Below, in pieces: positions 38,614 through 50,090 of a DNA stretch of 64,000 bases. Positions within the stretch are counted from its first letter, which is position 1, and each line of letters starts with the position of its first letter. This DNA is from Anthoceros angustus. Its lineage: Eukaryota > Plantae > Anthocerotophyta. The stretch spans positions 1,116,001 through 1,180,000 of the forward strand of contig MU008155.1 of the NCBI GenBank assembly GCA_010909165.1, read 5' to 3'. The translations under genes and the position numbers were made by a program. The notes below the pieces were generated by a model. The model was given only the letters and a program-made list of their open reading frames with translations. It did not search any database and had not been told where the DNA came from.

Positions 38614-41600
38614 CTAAGACAACGGCCAGTTTCTAATGCGCTCATCTTCGCCTTCAAATTCGTTTTCTTCCAAGGCCTTCTCGTCTTCGTTCACATCACC
38701 CTTGGGGTCGTCTGAGCGGGCTGCCATACATCATCCAACGTTTGCTGCCCATCTTCCAAAAGTTCACTGTTGTAAATGCCCGCTCGGCACTCAAAGAAAC
38801 AACTTGTGCCTTGGACTATCTTTTCGATACATACCTCCTTTGCCCAATTGTGATGGTCCTCGGCGATGCGGTTGAAATGTAAGCTCTTCCTGCATCAGGC
38901 ACCTCATAACCATGTATTCGAGGAATGTACCTGCACATCTCAAATCTGCCTCAAGCGCAATGCGATTCGTCCACTCAGATGCAGCAAGTGTGGTGGTCCC
39001 GCCGAACATGCATCAAGAACCCGGTCCCTTCCTTTGAGAAGGTCCTTATCGATTTCATAAGAAGACCCGGTGGGCGTTGATAAGGGCATACCACAAGTTT
39101 GTCATTGGGCGGTACACTGTTTCTTCACCACGATGGCGTGTCCTATAACCGACCTCCCATTGTTGAACGTCCGTGCATAGCATTCGGCGACATAGGAGCT
39201 CTATCCTTTGTGCTTGTGTCTTTCGAGACACCATCCCACTGATGTACTCCACGGTCTCAAACCCGCCTCATTATGCATGTTGGTCTTATCCCATATGAAG
39301 GATACCAATCCGCCTTTCCACATCCATGTCGCATGGATTCCCACGCAGTGTGGGCTTCTTGACCCCATGCATCACTATAATGCGGAATTCTTCACTTGTT
39401 GTCTTTTCCATAAAGCTCAAACACTGCATCATTGCCATGTCCACCCGCTTATCCATAGGGCCAATGTCAAACCCTCGTGGAGCGTCCATTACAGGCGTGT
39501 ACCTCGTCCTCGAAACCCCGCATGTCAAGAATATTTCTTGCCTCCACAGTATTGAACGTTTGTCCGGAAGGCACGGTAAAAATGTTAAGACCTTCTTCCA
39601 GTCCTTATCGCCCAAAGCCCTTTGCTCGTTTTCAAGTCCTTTCCGGTTGTTGACTTCAAATATGAAATGGCGGAAGTCATCCGGCGGCCAAAACCTCAAC
39701 GTCCTTTAGTTGCTGCAAATTAAAAACAAAACCACATCGTCGGTGCCATGGAAGAGGCGCCCTCTACGATCGTTCGGTGGAGGCGCCGGCGCCCTCCAGC
39801 TTCACGTGGAGGCGCCCGCGCCATCCACCGGGCTTCTGGTGGAGGCGCGCCGCGCCCTCCATCGCCAGCTTCTGTGTGGGCGCCGCCCGGCACCCTCCAT
39901 CACCAGCTTCACAGGTGGGCGCCGGCCGCCGCGCCCTCCATCGGCCGGGCTGTGGGCGCCCGGCCGCGCGCCCTCCATGCGGCTGCGGTGGAGGCGGGCG
40001 CCCTCCACCACCGGCGCCGCGCGCCATCCACCAGCTGGAGGGCGCGCCCGCCGCGCCCATCGCCAGCTCAGGAGGGCGCGCCCGCCGGCACCCTCCATCA
40101 CCAGCTGGTGGAGGCGCCCGCCCGCCGCCCATCGCCAGCCGTGGAGGCGCCACCGCGCCTCCACAGCCGGGCGGTGGAGGCGCCGCGGCCGCGCCCACTG
40201 TGCACGGTGGCGGGCGCCGCCGCGCCTCGCAGCTCAGGAGGCGCGCCCGCCGCTGCAGCGCCGCCCACACACGCCCACACACCCAACTCAGAACTATTGA
40301 ATAGAAAGTGTTTCTCACCTTTCCGGCAAATCTTTGTTTGAAACCGTACAAGACACTATCTTGCATGATGGGGATACTCTTTCCGCACCTCCTCGAGCGA
40401 TGAGCACCCAAGGTGTTTCGCCATCGCCACTTGGATGATGTGAAATTTCTTCCGGAGGTGATATCATCATCCATGCCCTTTAGGTCAATAAGCCTGCAAG
40501 AACCTTCTCCGTTCTTGATATTAGTATCATTGCGCATTCACGATGGTATTCCTTGAAACGATTTCCAAGGCTTTGCAAGCATATCCTTTGGCTTCACATA
40601 TGCAGCATCGATTTTCTTTGACTCTTCAGTGACCTTCCGTTTTCCTTTGCCTTTCTTGCTCGTGCCCACCGCGACATGTTTCTTTTGCTCCGGAAGCTCC
40701 GGCTTCCCACTTTGTAAAAATCTTATCCACATTCTCCCATACTCTGCCCTCCTGCTTTGCAATACACAAAATATGAGTCCTGTTGTCCACTTTGTTCTGC
40801 TTATATACATCGTCTTCTCGCCCCTCATCGTCGTCAATCAACCCTAGCAGTTTGTATAGATTAAACTTCCATGCCATGGTCATCTGCACTCCGTCCCGTT
40901 TTGCGATAATCAGCTCGTCCCTCAAATATCTGACTTGCTCAATGAAATTCATTTTCTTCCTCCTGTCAGACAAAACATTGTGATCTGTTGCAAGAATTGC
41001 ATTTCTGTCGACCCACAATACACATGGGCCTCCACGTCTTGGCGAGTCTTCCGGACATATATCGCGGTGCTTCATGCATAGGTGTGGTTGCCTCCAAGAA
41101 CCCCATGACGTATTTTTTGCCTGAACTTGTCCCAATCAAGTTTGCTCGGTCTTCACACTCTGCGGGTCAATCATACATAATAGAGGCAATCGCCTTCCTC
41201 AATCCGCCCTTCAAATCACGCGTGCCAAGTAATTTGTCCATGCTTCGTCAACCCTCCGTGTATAGCATCGGTGTGAGGTGTGATCTTGGCGAAGGTTCTC
41301 CAACTTCACCAAAACTGTCTCCAAAACAACCTTTTGAATAGGCCGATTCCTAATGCGCGTTAGGGGTCTTCATCCGAATAGCATCGCTAACCGCTCCTTG
41401 TCCGTTGATACATGGACGGAAGGTATGTCCTCCGGCAACTCCTGCGCCTTTTGCATACTATTGGTTTTTTCTCCTGGTCCACTAGCCGCTCCAAGCTCTC
41501 TGAATGACTCCTCTACTTTGATGCATGGCCCTCACGCCTTCCTTTTCCTTTCTTTGCTCTTATTCCCACTCATCACATGGAGGAGAGGCGCCGGCAGCGC

Positions 41601-42870
41601 CCCTCTTGAGATCACCATGATCTGCTTTGTTGCCCAGGCCGGTGCTTCCAGAATGACCAGCCGGCGCCGGCGGCCCGCGGCCTGCCCCACAGAGCGCACA
41701 AACCAATCCGGATCGGGGTCACCAAATCAGTTGCCTCTTCCCCACAGGCGCTGGCAGCGCCCCTCCTCGGCTCATACCTAACACCGGCAGCCCTAAGGTC
41801 TCCACGATCGGATCTCGAACCTCTGCGCATCCGATTGATCATCATCATGCAGAATATCAGGAATAGGGCCATCGTCTTCATCTTCCGGTCCAAGCTCGCT
41901 TCCTTCTTCACAATCATCGGAGCTGAGATGTTCCTCCTCAATTTCGCGCAGCTGTGCTCGAGTGCGCCTTAGGGACATGACTCTTCTGTGCTCAACAACC
42001 GATTGTGTGATTTCTGCACATAGGGCCCTGATGTATGCATTTCCAATTTGAGGCCCCTGTAGTTGACACAACATTTGTGGTTAGAGACAAAGCAGAAATC
42101 ACCGAAAAAACAGACACAGAGTTCTCACTACCCCCAGAATGCATTCTGCACAATTACCGTTTGTTCTCGTCTACATTCGCGAAAGATCTGCACCAGCCTC
42201 TGGGGCTCGCATTTCTTGATGATCAGGTTGTTGAACCTGAGATCAAATGCCCTGTATAGCTCTGGCCCTTGTGGCACTTCATCAAACTCCTGTGGCTTTG
42301 TTATACAGAGCAGTTGCGCCAGTGGGTCTCCTTGACACATATCCAGGTTCGCCCACACAACCCAACCAGCCCTCGCTCGCTGATTAGGCAAGGCATCCTT
42401 GTATCCCATGATCCACAACTTGAAGAGTGGTGTCCAGAAAATACCTTCATCCTCTGGCTCCAATTCTTGAACCAACATCCAGTCCTTATCCAAAAGAGGT
42501 GTGGAATCCATCTGTGCTCCAAGCCTTCGTATGTAGACAGTCTCCTCAAACAAGGGGATGGAATAGGCCTGCGCTTGTGCTTTGTCTCCCTTGTCACCGA
42601 GGAAGACCTTTGGTTGTGCTAGCCTTCAGGAAGTAAGGCTCCGGTTCGCGATTCGCAGCTCCTACCAATTGCGACCCAATCAAGGCGGGGCCCGACTTGT
42701 TCCATCGCCATCGGTCCCGACCCTCCGCGCCCTTGAGGTGCATCCATGGCGCCCGCGGATGCCTTCCCTTCCACAGGCGATCTCCTCACCTTACAGGGGT
42801 CGGGGTGATCGATTCTATCGCCTGGTCCTTCTTGCTCCTGCGACCCATTGCCATCTGGAAGGCCACCCAA
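38614..42870 (-). pseudogene. Transposon-borne multi-exon gene: ParB/Srx-like domain plus beta-class N6A/N4C DNA methyltransferase (frameshifted as assembled)
   Basis: ParB-like: TRRVDEAWTNYL...PLLCMIDP...LGGNHTYA...LATDHN (~41340-40975). MTase motif IV-like VMDAPRGFDIGPMDK (~39450-39490). C-terminal CPYQRPPGLLMKSIRTFSKEG-DRVLDACS-GTTTLAA...NRIALEAD (~39090-38945, joined across two frameshifts). GT-AG intron at ~40318-39713. The 5' limit is uncertain. Confidence 0.7.
39760..40280. repeat. Very GC-rich quasi-palindromic minisatellite inside a predicted intron
   Basis: Recurrent GGAGGCGC(C/G)CGC and (C)CCTCCATC(A/G)CCAGCT units in both orientations. Confidence 0.8.
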
Positions 42871-42969
42871 ACCACGGATGACCGCAATTCTTGCTCGGAG
42901 AGGTGGAAGATGGAAGAGCAAAACCCGTGTCGACCTTGGATTAGAGGATGTTGGCAAGGGAGGGCGTGG

Positions 42970-45965
42970 CGGCGATGGATGTGCGCAATTGCTCCGGCTT
43001 CACAGGCGGCGGCGAGATAGTCCGCTGAGATCGCGTGGCGCTCCGACCTTCACAAGCGCCATCACGCGAATGGGCGCACTCTTCATGAAGTGTTCCCTTC
43101 GAGGCAGTGTCTCGATGCACACCTCGACTTACAAACACGATTTGCTCCAGTAAAAGAGATAATCTGTTTCTTCCCTAGGGCAATAATAACCCCATCGACA
43201 TTAGGGTTGAAAGGATGCTCAAACATCATGTCCAGCGTATCCACATGAAGGTACCAGCAAAACCTAACCAGCTCGGAAAACTCGTATGTATGGATGGAAC
43301 GGGTAGAACTATTTTTCATTCGCAGCAAGTTCCACCAAACCAAAGTAGGAGTACCACAAGTATCACCATCATGGTAATCAAAATCCCCATTGCGCCACAA
43401 TCATTCCATGTGGGATGCCGAGCATAAATGCAATGTAGTTAAAGCTGCCGCCATTCCTTGTCCCATAAGCGCCGCATATCTAAGCGATCGCTATTAACGT
43501 CCATTTGTCCCGAATGATTGACCCAAGTTTGCCTTAACCTTGCACTCCGGCCGCAAGGGTTTCGTTCGCCCCCGACACTTGAGGTCGTCGCTCGTTTTGA
43601 CCACCTTCACAAACATGTTGAATGCTACTCATCCTTTGGATGGAGATGAGGTTTGGATTGTCTGTTCTCAATTGCGAGTTTTGGGCTTCTTTAGATCTTG
43701 ACGGACTCTATTCCATCCGTCGGGTGCATCGCCTCCGCGGCCTTGCGAGCGGGCTGCAATTCAAGACAACGCAAGGAGGACGTTGCACAAAGGAGGAGGA
43801 TACTAAGCGTGCCTCAAATACGGTCTCGGCATGTGGTGTGTGGACCTCTGCCTTCCCAAAAGGACGCATTCCGAAGGTATAACAGGAGAGAATCGGCAGT
43901 GCATTCCTACTTGCTTGAATTCCGTTCCTACATACCAATGCCTTGTGGCTTGCATTTGCAGCTCGTTCGATGGTGGCCACAATGGGCGCAGGTTCATCTT
44001 CACCATCATTGGGGTGTGCCTCGGACAGAAACCTCAATTTGTATGCCTTAGATAGGGGCTCGCTCATTGCATGAGAATGCACAAAGTAGTGGACAACTGC
44101 CTGCGTGGGAGGGCCTCAAGCATTGAGGCGACTTATTTCCTACTATGGATGACCGTGGGAAAGGTATCCTCCGGAAAGCGGTCGGTGACGAGGAGGATGG
44201 CGTCTTTCAAACACCGGTGGACATGCCCGCAATCATACCATCCCAAGCCATTGAGCGAAAGCTTGATAGCAACAAAGGCTCTTGTTTCAACTGGTCAAAA
44301 AGCTGGTGTGGATGAAATGCGAAGCGGCTGCGTCTCTTGATTTCCAAGCCTGTTGCAACCAAATGTGTGTTCGAAATTGACTATAGAAAGGTTGCGGGAG
44401 CGAGATACCGGTTTCTACGAATGGGGCGGGGAGGCGGGAGACATTTGGAATCTCTTGTTCACGTCGATCGCGATGGCGTGCGCAATTGCTCCGGCTTCAC
44501 AGTGGCGGCGGATAGTCTGGCTGCGGATCGGCGAAAACGCTCCGACCTTCACAGCGCTTCACGCGAATGGGCGCACTCTTCATGAAGTGTTCCCTTCGAG
44601 GCGGTGTCTCGATGCACACCTCGACTTACAAACACGATTTGCTCCAGTAAAAGAGATAATCCTGTTTCTTCCCTAGGGCAATAATAACCCCATCGACATT
44701 AGGGTTGAAAGGATGCTCAAACATCATGTCCAGGCGTATCCACATGAAGGTACCAGCAAAACCTAACCCTGGCTCGGGAAAACTCGTATGTATGGATGGG
44801 AACGGGTAGAACTATTTTTCATTCGCAGCCGCAAGTTCCACCAAACCAAAGTAGGAGTACCCACAAGTATCACCATCATGGTAATCAAAATCCCCATTGC
44901 GCCACAATCATTCCATGTGGGATGCCGAGCATAAATGCAATGTAGTTAAAGCTGCCGCCATTCCTTGTCCCATGCATATCTAAGCCGATCGCTATTAACG
45001 TCCATTTGTCCCGAATGATTGACCCAAGTTTGCCTTAACCTTGCACTCCGGCCGCAAGGGTTTCGTTCGCCGACACTTGAGGTCGTCGCTCGTTTTGACC
45101 ACCCTTCACAAACATGTTGAATGCTACTCATCCTTTGGATGGAGATGAGGTTTGGATTGTCCTGTTCTCAATTTGCCGAGTTTTGGGCTTCTTTAGATCT
45201 TGACGGACTCTATTCCATCCGTCGGGTGCATCGCCTCCGGTGTTGTCTTGCGGTGAGCCCAATTCCGAACAACGGCGCAAGGAGGACGTTGCACAAAGGA
45301 GGAGGATACTAAGCGTGCCTCAAATACGGTCTCGGCATGTGGTGTGTGGACCTCTGCCTTCCCAAAAGACGCATTCCAAGGTATAACAGGAGAGAATCGA
45401 AAGTGCATTCCTACTTGCTTGAATTCCGTTCCTACATACCAATCTTGTGCTTGCATTTGCAGCTCGTTCGATGGTGGCCACAATGGGCGCAGGTTCATCT
45501 TCACCATCTTTGGTGTGCCTCGGACAGAAACCTCAATTTGTATGCCTTAGATAGGAGCCCGTCGCTCATTGCATGAGAATGCACAAAGTAGTGGACACTG
45601 CTCGCCAGTAGGAGGGCCTCAAGCATTGAGGCGACTTATTTCCTACTATGGATGAGTGGGAAAGGTATCCTCCGGCAGTGTGACTTCCGGAGGAGGATGG
45701 CGTCTTTCAAACACCGGTGGTGGACATGCCCGCAATCATACCATCCCAAGCCATTGAGCTTGATAGCAACAAAGGCTCTTGTTTCAACTGGTCAAAAAGG
45801 CCTTCGGTGTGCGATGAAATGTGCGGGGTCGTCTCTTGATTTCCGCAAGCCTGCAACCAAATGTGTGTTCAAATTGACTATAGAAAGGTTGCGGGAGCGA
45901 GATACGGTTTCTACGAATGGGCGAGGCAGGAGACATTTCGGAATCTCTTGTTCACGTCGATCGAT
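42970..45965. repeat. ~1.5-kb tandem duplication inside the TIR element
   Basis: GTGCGCAATTGCTCCGGCTTCACAG at ~42981 and ~44478; both units end GGAATCTCTTGTTCACGTCGATCG; copies differ mainly by indels. Confidence 0.95.
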
Positions 45966-48891
45966 GGCCAACACAATGATAAAGTTGTGACTCATCTATG
46001 GGGTCGGTCGAATGCGATCTGCCTCGAGCCTTCGCGGTATATTGCATTGGCCATAGTAGGTATGAGGAGTCAAGAGAAGGGTTATTGCACATGCAGTGGG
46101 ATGGCTTTAGAGCAAAACCTAACAGTCTACATGTCGCGAGTGCAATCGCGTGGATGGACAACGCATTCATTCATGGCGGAAAGGCTCCCCAATGTTGATG
46201 TGTTCAATCTTCCGACACATTTACAAAGTTCAAATTTGGGCAAAATATAACGGCAATGTGAGGGTTCCATCAACGGTTTGTGACCTATGCTTGGTTTTTG
46301 AAACTTTGGAGGGAGAACTTCTGCAGGGTGAAGATTCCAAAGTCCAACAGGTTCTCCACGTGCTCGCTTTGCGCAGGATTAAAAACGACAATTAGAAACA
46401 CGACTGCTAAAGTCGACCAAGGTATTCTCCAGAATCCTTTCAGTGAGTACATTATGTGTCCTTCTATGTCCTTTGTTATGGCTGCACACTCTCCATGTCT
46501 GAGGTGGTTAGTACATCGTGTTCTCTGTAATTTGAGTGTGGCATGTTGAAAGGGACGTGCTCATTGAAGTAGGCTACCATGTCAGGTTCGACCAATGAGT
46601 GGGCGCCGGCTGGCCGGCGGCCACTCCCTCTTTAGCACCTCTCGGGGTTTACGCAGCTTGTGCATTCTATGGAAGAGGCGTCCCAGTGTATGGAAGCGGA
46701 GGAAGTGTCTTGGCCAACCTAGGAAGCTTTGGGTGGGAAGGTAAAGGTGTGTCGGGAAGGTTAGGGTAGTAACAAGGAACGTTTTCCATGCTCCTCATGG
46801 CATTGCACTCCATAGTAAGAGGTATGGCCGAATGAACATCGGCTTTGTCGAGGCCGCCTCAGGATGAGGCGGCCGGGCGCCTCATCTCCCACCAAGATGC
46901 ATTCTGGTGGTAGGCGGTTTGCAGTGTTAGTGGATAGCCAGCGAGTGGTATGAGGATGACGCCGTGCGGGCACTTTCACCTAAAAGTCCACTTTTGATTC
47001 CTTTTCATGTATCTTTTATACGGTTTTGGTGGGCGGCAAGCATTGCCTAAGGGTTGAGCAGCACGATTCTCATGTTGCGGATCGACGGGTGCCATACCCC
47101 GATCTTGGGTGTTCCATGATCCGCAATGATCCTATACGCAATGCATGAATGTCTAGCACCTGTAACACCAATTGTTTGCGAAAATATCGCACCTTAGATG
47201 CCCATCGAGATCTGCTGCGGCGAAGATGACAAAGCATCGCAGCAAGAGCTACGTGGAGCCCCACAAATATATGTTATTGGCCATCGATGGAATGGACCAA
47301 GAAAAGCGAGCTTAGCATTTCTTGCGGTGGCGAAGAATTTGGATGAAGAATGTCGTATTTCAGTACACGTTGTGGAGTGCATGATTCACAATTACACTCG
47401 CAAAGCAAGGGCATATTTGCATTATGCCAACCTCCAATGACGCCTAATTTGACTATAAACATCATTCAAGATGTTATCCACAATTATGATGGGGTCTTGC
47501 CTAAAGTGTTGTACTTACAACTGGACAACACTTGCCGGAGAACAAGAACCAACTACTCTTTGCGTATCTCAACATGTTGGTAGACATGGAACATTTGAGA
47601 AAGTGAAGGTGGGCTTCCACTAGTTGGGCACACCCATGATCAAATTGATCGATGTTTTCATGCTTCTCTAAAAGCTTGAAACACAAGGAAGCGCACACTC
47701 TGCCGCATTGGCAACTATTATCGAGGAGCGTACACTCCAAGGCCGGAGGTGAAGATATCTTGGAAGTTCCGACTTAAGTATGTATGGCCAATAAGACGGG
47801 GATGGGCGGCGCGTATTCGGCATGTGAGTAAATTGAATAATCATCGTTCCAGATCAATTCAAGATAACACGCGAGGAGAAACCGGTCGGTGTGTAATCGA
47901 GTAAGCGACTCAACATCATTGTGGGAAAGCGAGGCTTGAGTTTTGAAGTTTGTGCCACGAGGTCATAGCTGCGGCTCCTTTGTTAGCCTTGCGGGCTAGA
48001 GATAAAAAGCGCGGCCGCTTGTCTCCAACAGGGCGTTGCTTACTTGAGCGAGGGTTATCGAGCTCCGGCCACGACGCGGAAGAGTACACATGGTGGGAGG
48101 AGTTGGGTTGACCAGAAGAAATTCAGTGTGGACAACCATATCGGGTTGGTTACGCGACCATGGAAGTGGTTTTCGAGTGGAGGCGTGGCCTTGAGTGCCC
48201 TTGCATGCCCGTCGGCTTCTTTGGGCGGCTACTGCGAACTTCCACAACGCGATATGTATTTGGGGGCATATAGAAATTTGGGCAAGCAACAAGAAGATAT
48301 GACACGCTTGAATGGCGATATTGGAGATCAATAAAGGAATGTTCATAGCAGTCCGTGTTCAACAGACACACAATGACCATTTTGGATTGGAAAGGTCATA
48401 GATGTGAAGTTGGAGTCGCCCAAACCTCACTTCCTCGTTCATTGGTATATGACCGAGCATACGGATGCATATGAGGGAAGATATGTTGAGGAATATATAA
48501 TTCCGGAAGCGGTACGAACATGGCTTCAAGGTAGGGAAGAAAGGAAGCAAATCCTTGTATACCAAAAATATTCAACGGTCTTTGTGAGCAAGCGGTAATC
48601 CTTTATTATGGATTCGTCTTTGAATGCTCGAAAACATTTATATGTTGTTGACAAGAAAGCGATAAAGGATAAGTTGAATGAATTGCGTGGGTTTATTCAA
48701 CAGTCTTTGTGAACGAAGCGGTAATCCTTTATTATGGATTCGTCTTTGAATGCTCACATTTATATGTTGTTGACAAGAAAGCGATAAAGGATAAGTTGAA
48801 TGAATTGCGTGGGTTTATTCACCGATCCAGTACCCACGAGGATAGTGATGACCATGGTGCGGGGCGAGGTCCGGCGGCGATGACGGAGTGA
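45650..48891 (+). pseudogene. Sola-like (DUF7869-type) DDE transposase, frameshifted as assembled
   Basis: AIAWMDNAF..AERLPN..FNLPT, KLWRENFCRVKIPKSNRFSTCSLC, IDGMDQ, LPKVLYLQLDNTC-RENKNQ, KVKVGFPLVGHTHDQID, and C-terminal FIAVR..HFWIGKV..FLVHWY. Probable intron at ~46422-47197. Confidence 0.8.
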
Positions 48892-49834
48892 CCTCCGGAG
48901 ATGAGTAAACGTGCTTCCATGGAGAAGGAATTGGGAGAGGAGGCAATGGTTCCATGTGAGATAAATATAGGGTTCTAGCTTCACCCGGTCTAAATTCCCA
49001 TACTCCTTGTCCGAGCCTTTGTTAGGGTAAGCCGGCGTGAATCATGTTTGGCTTTTGGTCCATTACCACCTCAATGCAATACAATACCGTGTATCCGTAT
49101 ATGTGGTTTGCAACAGAGCAATAAATTAAGTATGTGTTTGGGCCGGTTATGCTGTGCCCCAAGATTATAGTGGCGTGTTGTCCATAGCTGGACAAATTTG
49201 TCGAGGATGATAGATAGAGCGTTGTTGCGATCATCCCAACCATCTTCGATCCGTAGGTGGTGTTTGTTCTTCAATTTGTGGTCATGAGAATCACGGTGGT
49301 ATGACCTCCATAGACAAGGCAGGCCGGCCGACCGCGCCTGCTCCACTAAGGCCGCCAAGCATACGGTCGATTTGACCCGATCGGCATGACCTCTACCCTT
49401 TGCCAAACCCTTGACATCAAAAGCAATTTGCGAAGACTATGGGTTTTGCATGCCAACCGTACTTTCTTCCGTAGCGGACCCAAATCTAGGTTCACGGCAT
49501 CCTTTCCCGGCATTAGCAGTCGACGGTGGGTCTTAATTTGCCTTCATCATATGGGTAAAGGATTTGAGCACCCTTCCACGTGTACCCATATTGTAAAGGG
49601 GACAACGTGTATGGGACACCTTTTTTTTGTGGTTCTTTCACCAAAACATGCTATTAAATGCTTTGAGACCCATGTGTAACCCCCTTTGGCGCATATTTTC
49701 AAGAAAACCCCCATCATGTAAATTCCCCCTCTTGAAGGTTTATGGTGTTAACAAGACATATTGTATATAAGACATTCTCTTTGAATACAATTTATTCTCA
49801 TTTTTATTGTCTGCTCTCTCTAGCAAGCTTGACA

Positions 49835-50090
49835 CCATTCCTTACCAGATTGCTTGAGGCCATAAAGGCTTCTGTGAAGCTTATAGACCAAGTGTTCTTT
49901 GCCTGGTGGTATGTATCCATCCGGCTGCTTGATGTAAATCTCTTCTTGGAGTATACCATTTAAGAACGTGGTTTGCACATCAAGCTCATGAACATGAAGG
50001 TTGTGTAAAGCTGCCAAGGCCAGCATGAGACGGAGTGATGTTAGTTTGACAAATGGGGTGTATACCCTGTCTTCATAATAATCAATTCTA
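49835..50090 (-). mobile_element. Copia A RT, 5' continuation
   Basis: HELDVQTTFLNG..EEIYIKQPDGY..LYGLKQSGKEW continues in frame through the TSD into YEECY at 24765. Confidence 0.9.

Larger units (their letters stand above)
38190..49749. mobile_element. 11.56-kb TIR DNA transposon, Sola-like, inserted in the Copia B 3' LTR
   Basis: TIRs AACATCATATATCTTCAAGAGGGGGAATATACA (38190-38222) and the reverse complement of 49717-49749, AACACCATAAACCTTCAAGAGGGGGAATTTACA (29/33 identical). Removing the element with a 4-bp TSD AACA restores the LTR. Superfamily assignment is inferred from TSD length and transposase motifs. Confidence 0.9.
24771..49834 (+). mobile_element. Copia B, full-length LTR retrotransposon with two nested insertions
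   Basis: 5' LTR 24771-24936 (TGTTGG...TTGACA); primer-binding site TGGTATCAGAGC at 24937; polypurine tract ~38095-38102; 3' LTR split into 38105-38189 and 49750-49834; TSD CCATT at 24766-24770 and 49835-49839. The LTRs differ by 3 C/T substitutions in 166 bp. Confidence 0.95.

Noticed and set aside
39710-40341. Overlapping 175-257 aa Pro/Arg/Ala-rich ORFs in all frames
   Set aside because: Artefact of a stop-poor GC-rich minisatellite lying within a predicted intron.
38614-42870. Bacterial contamination as the source of the methyltransferase
   Set aside because: The gene has spliceosomal intron signals and lies inside a TIR element inserted with a TSD in a plant Copia LTR.
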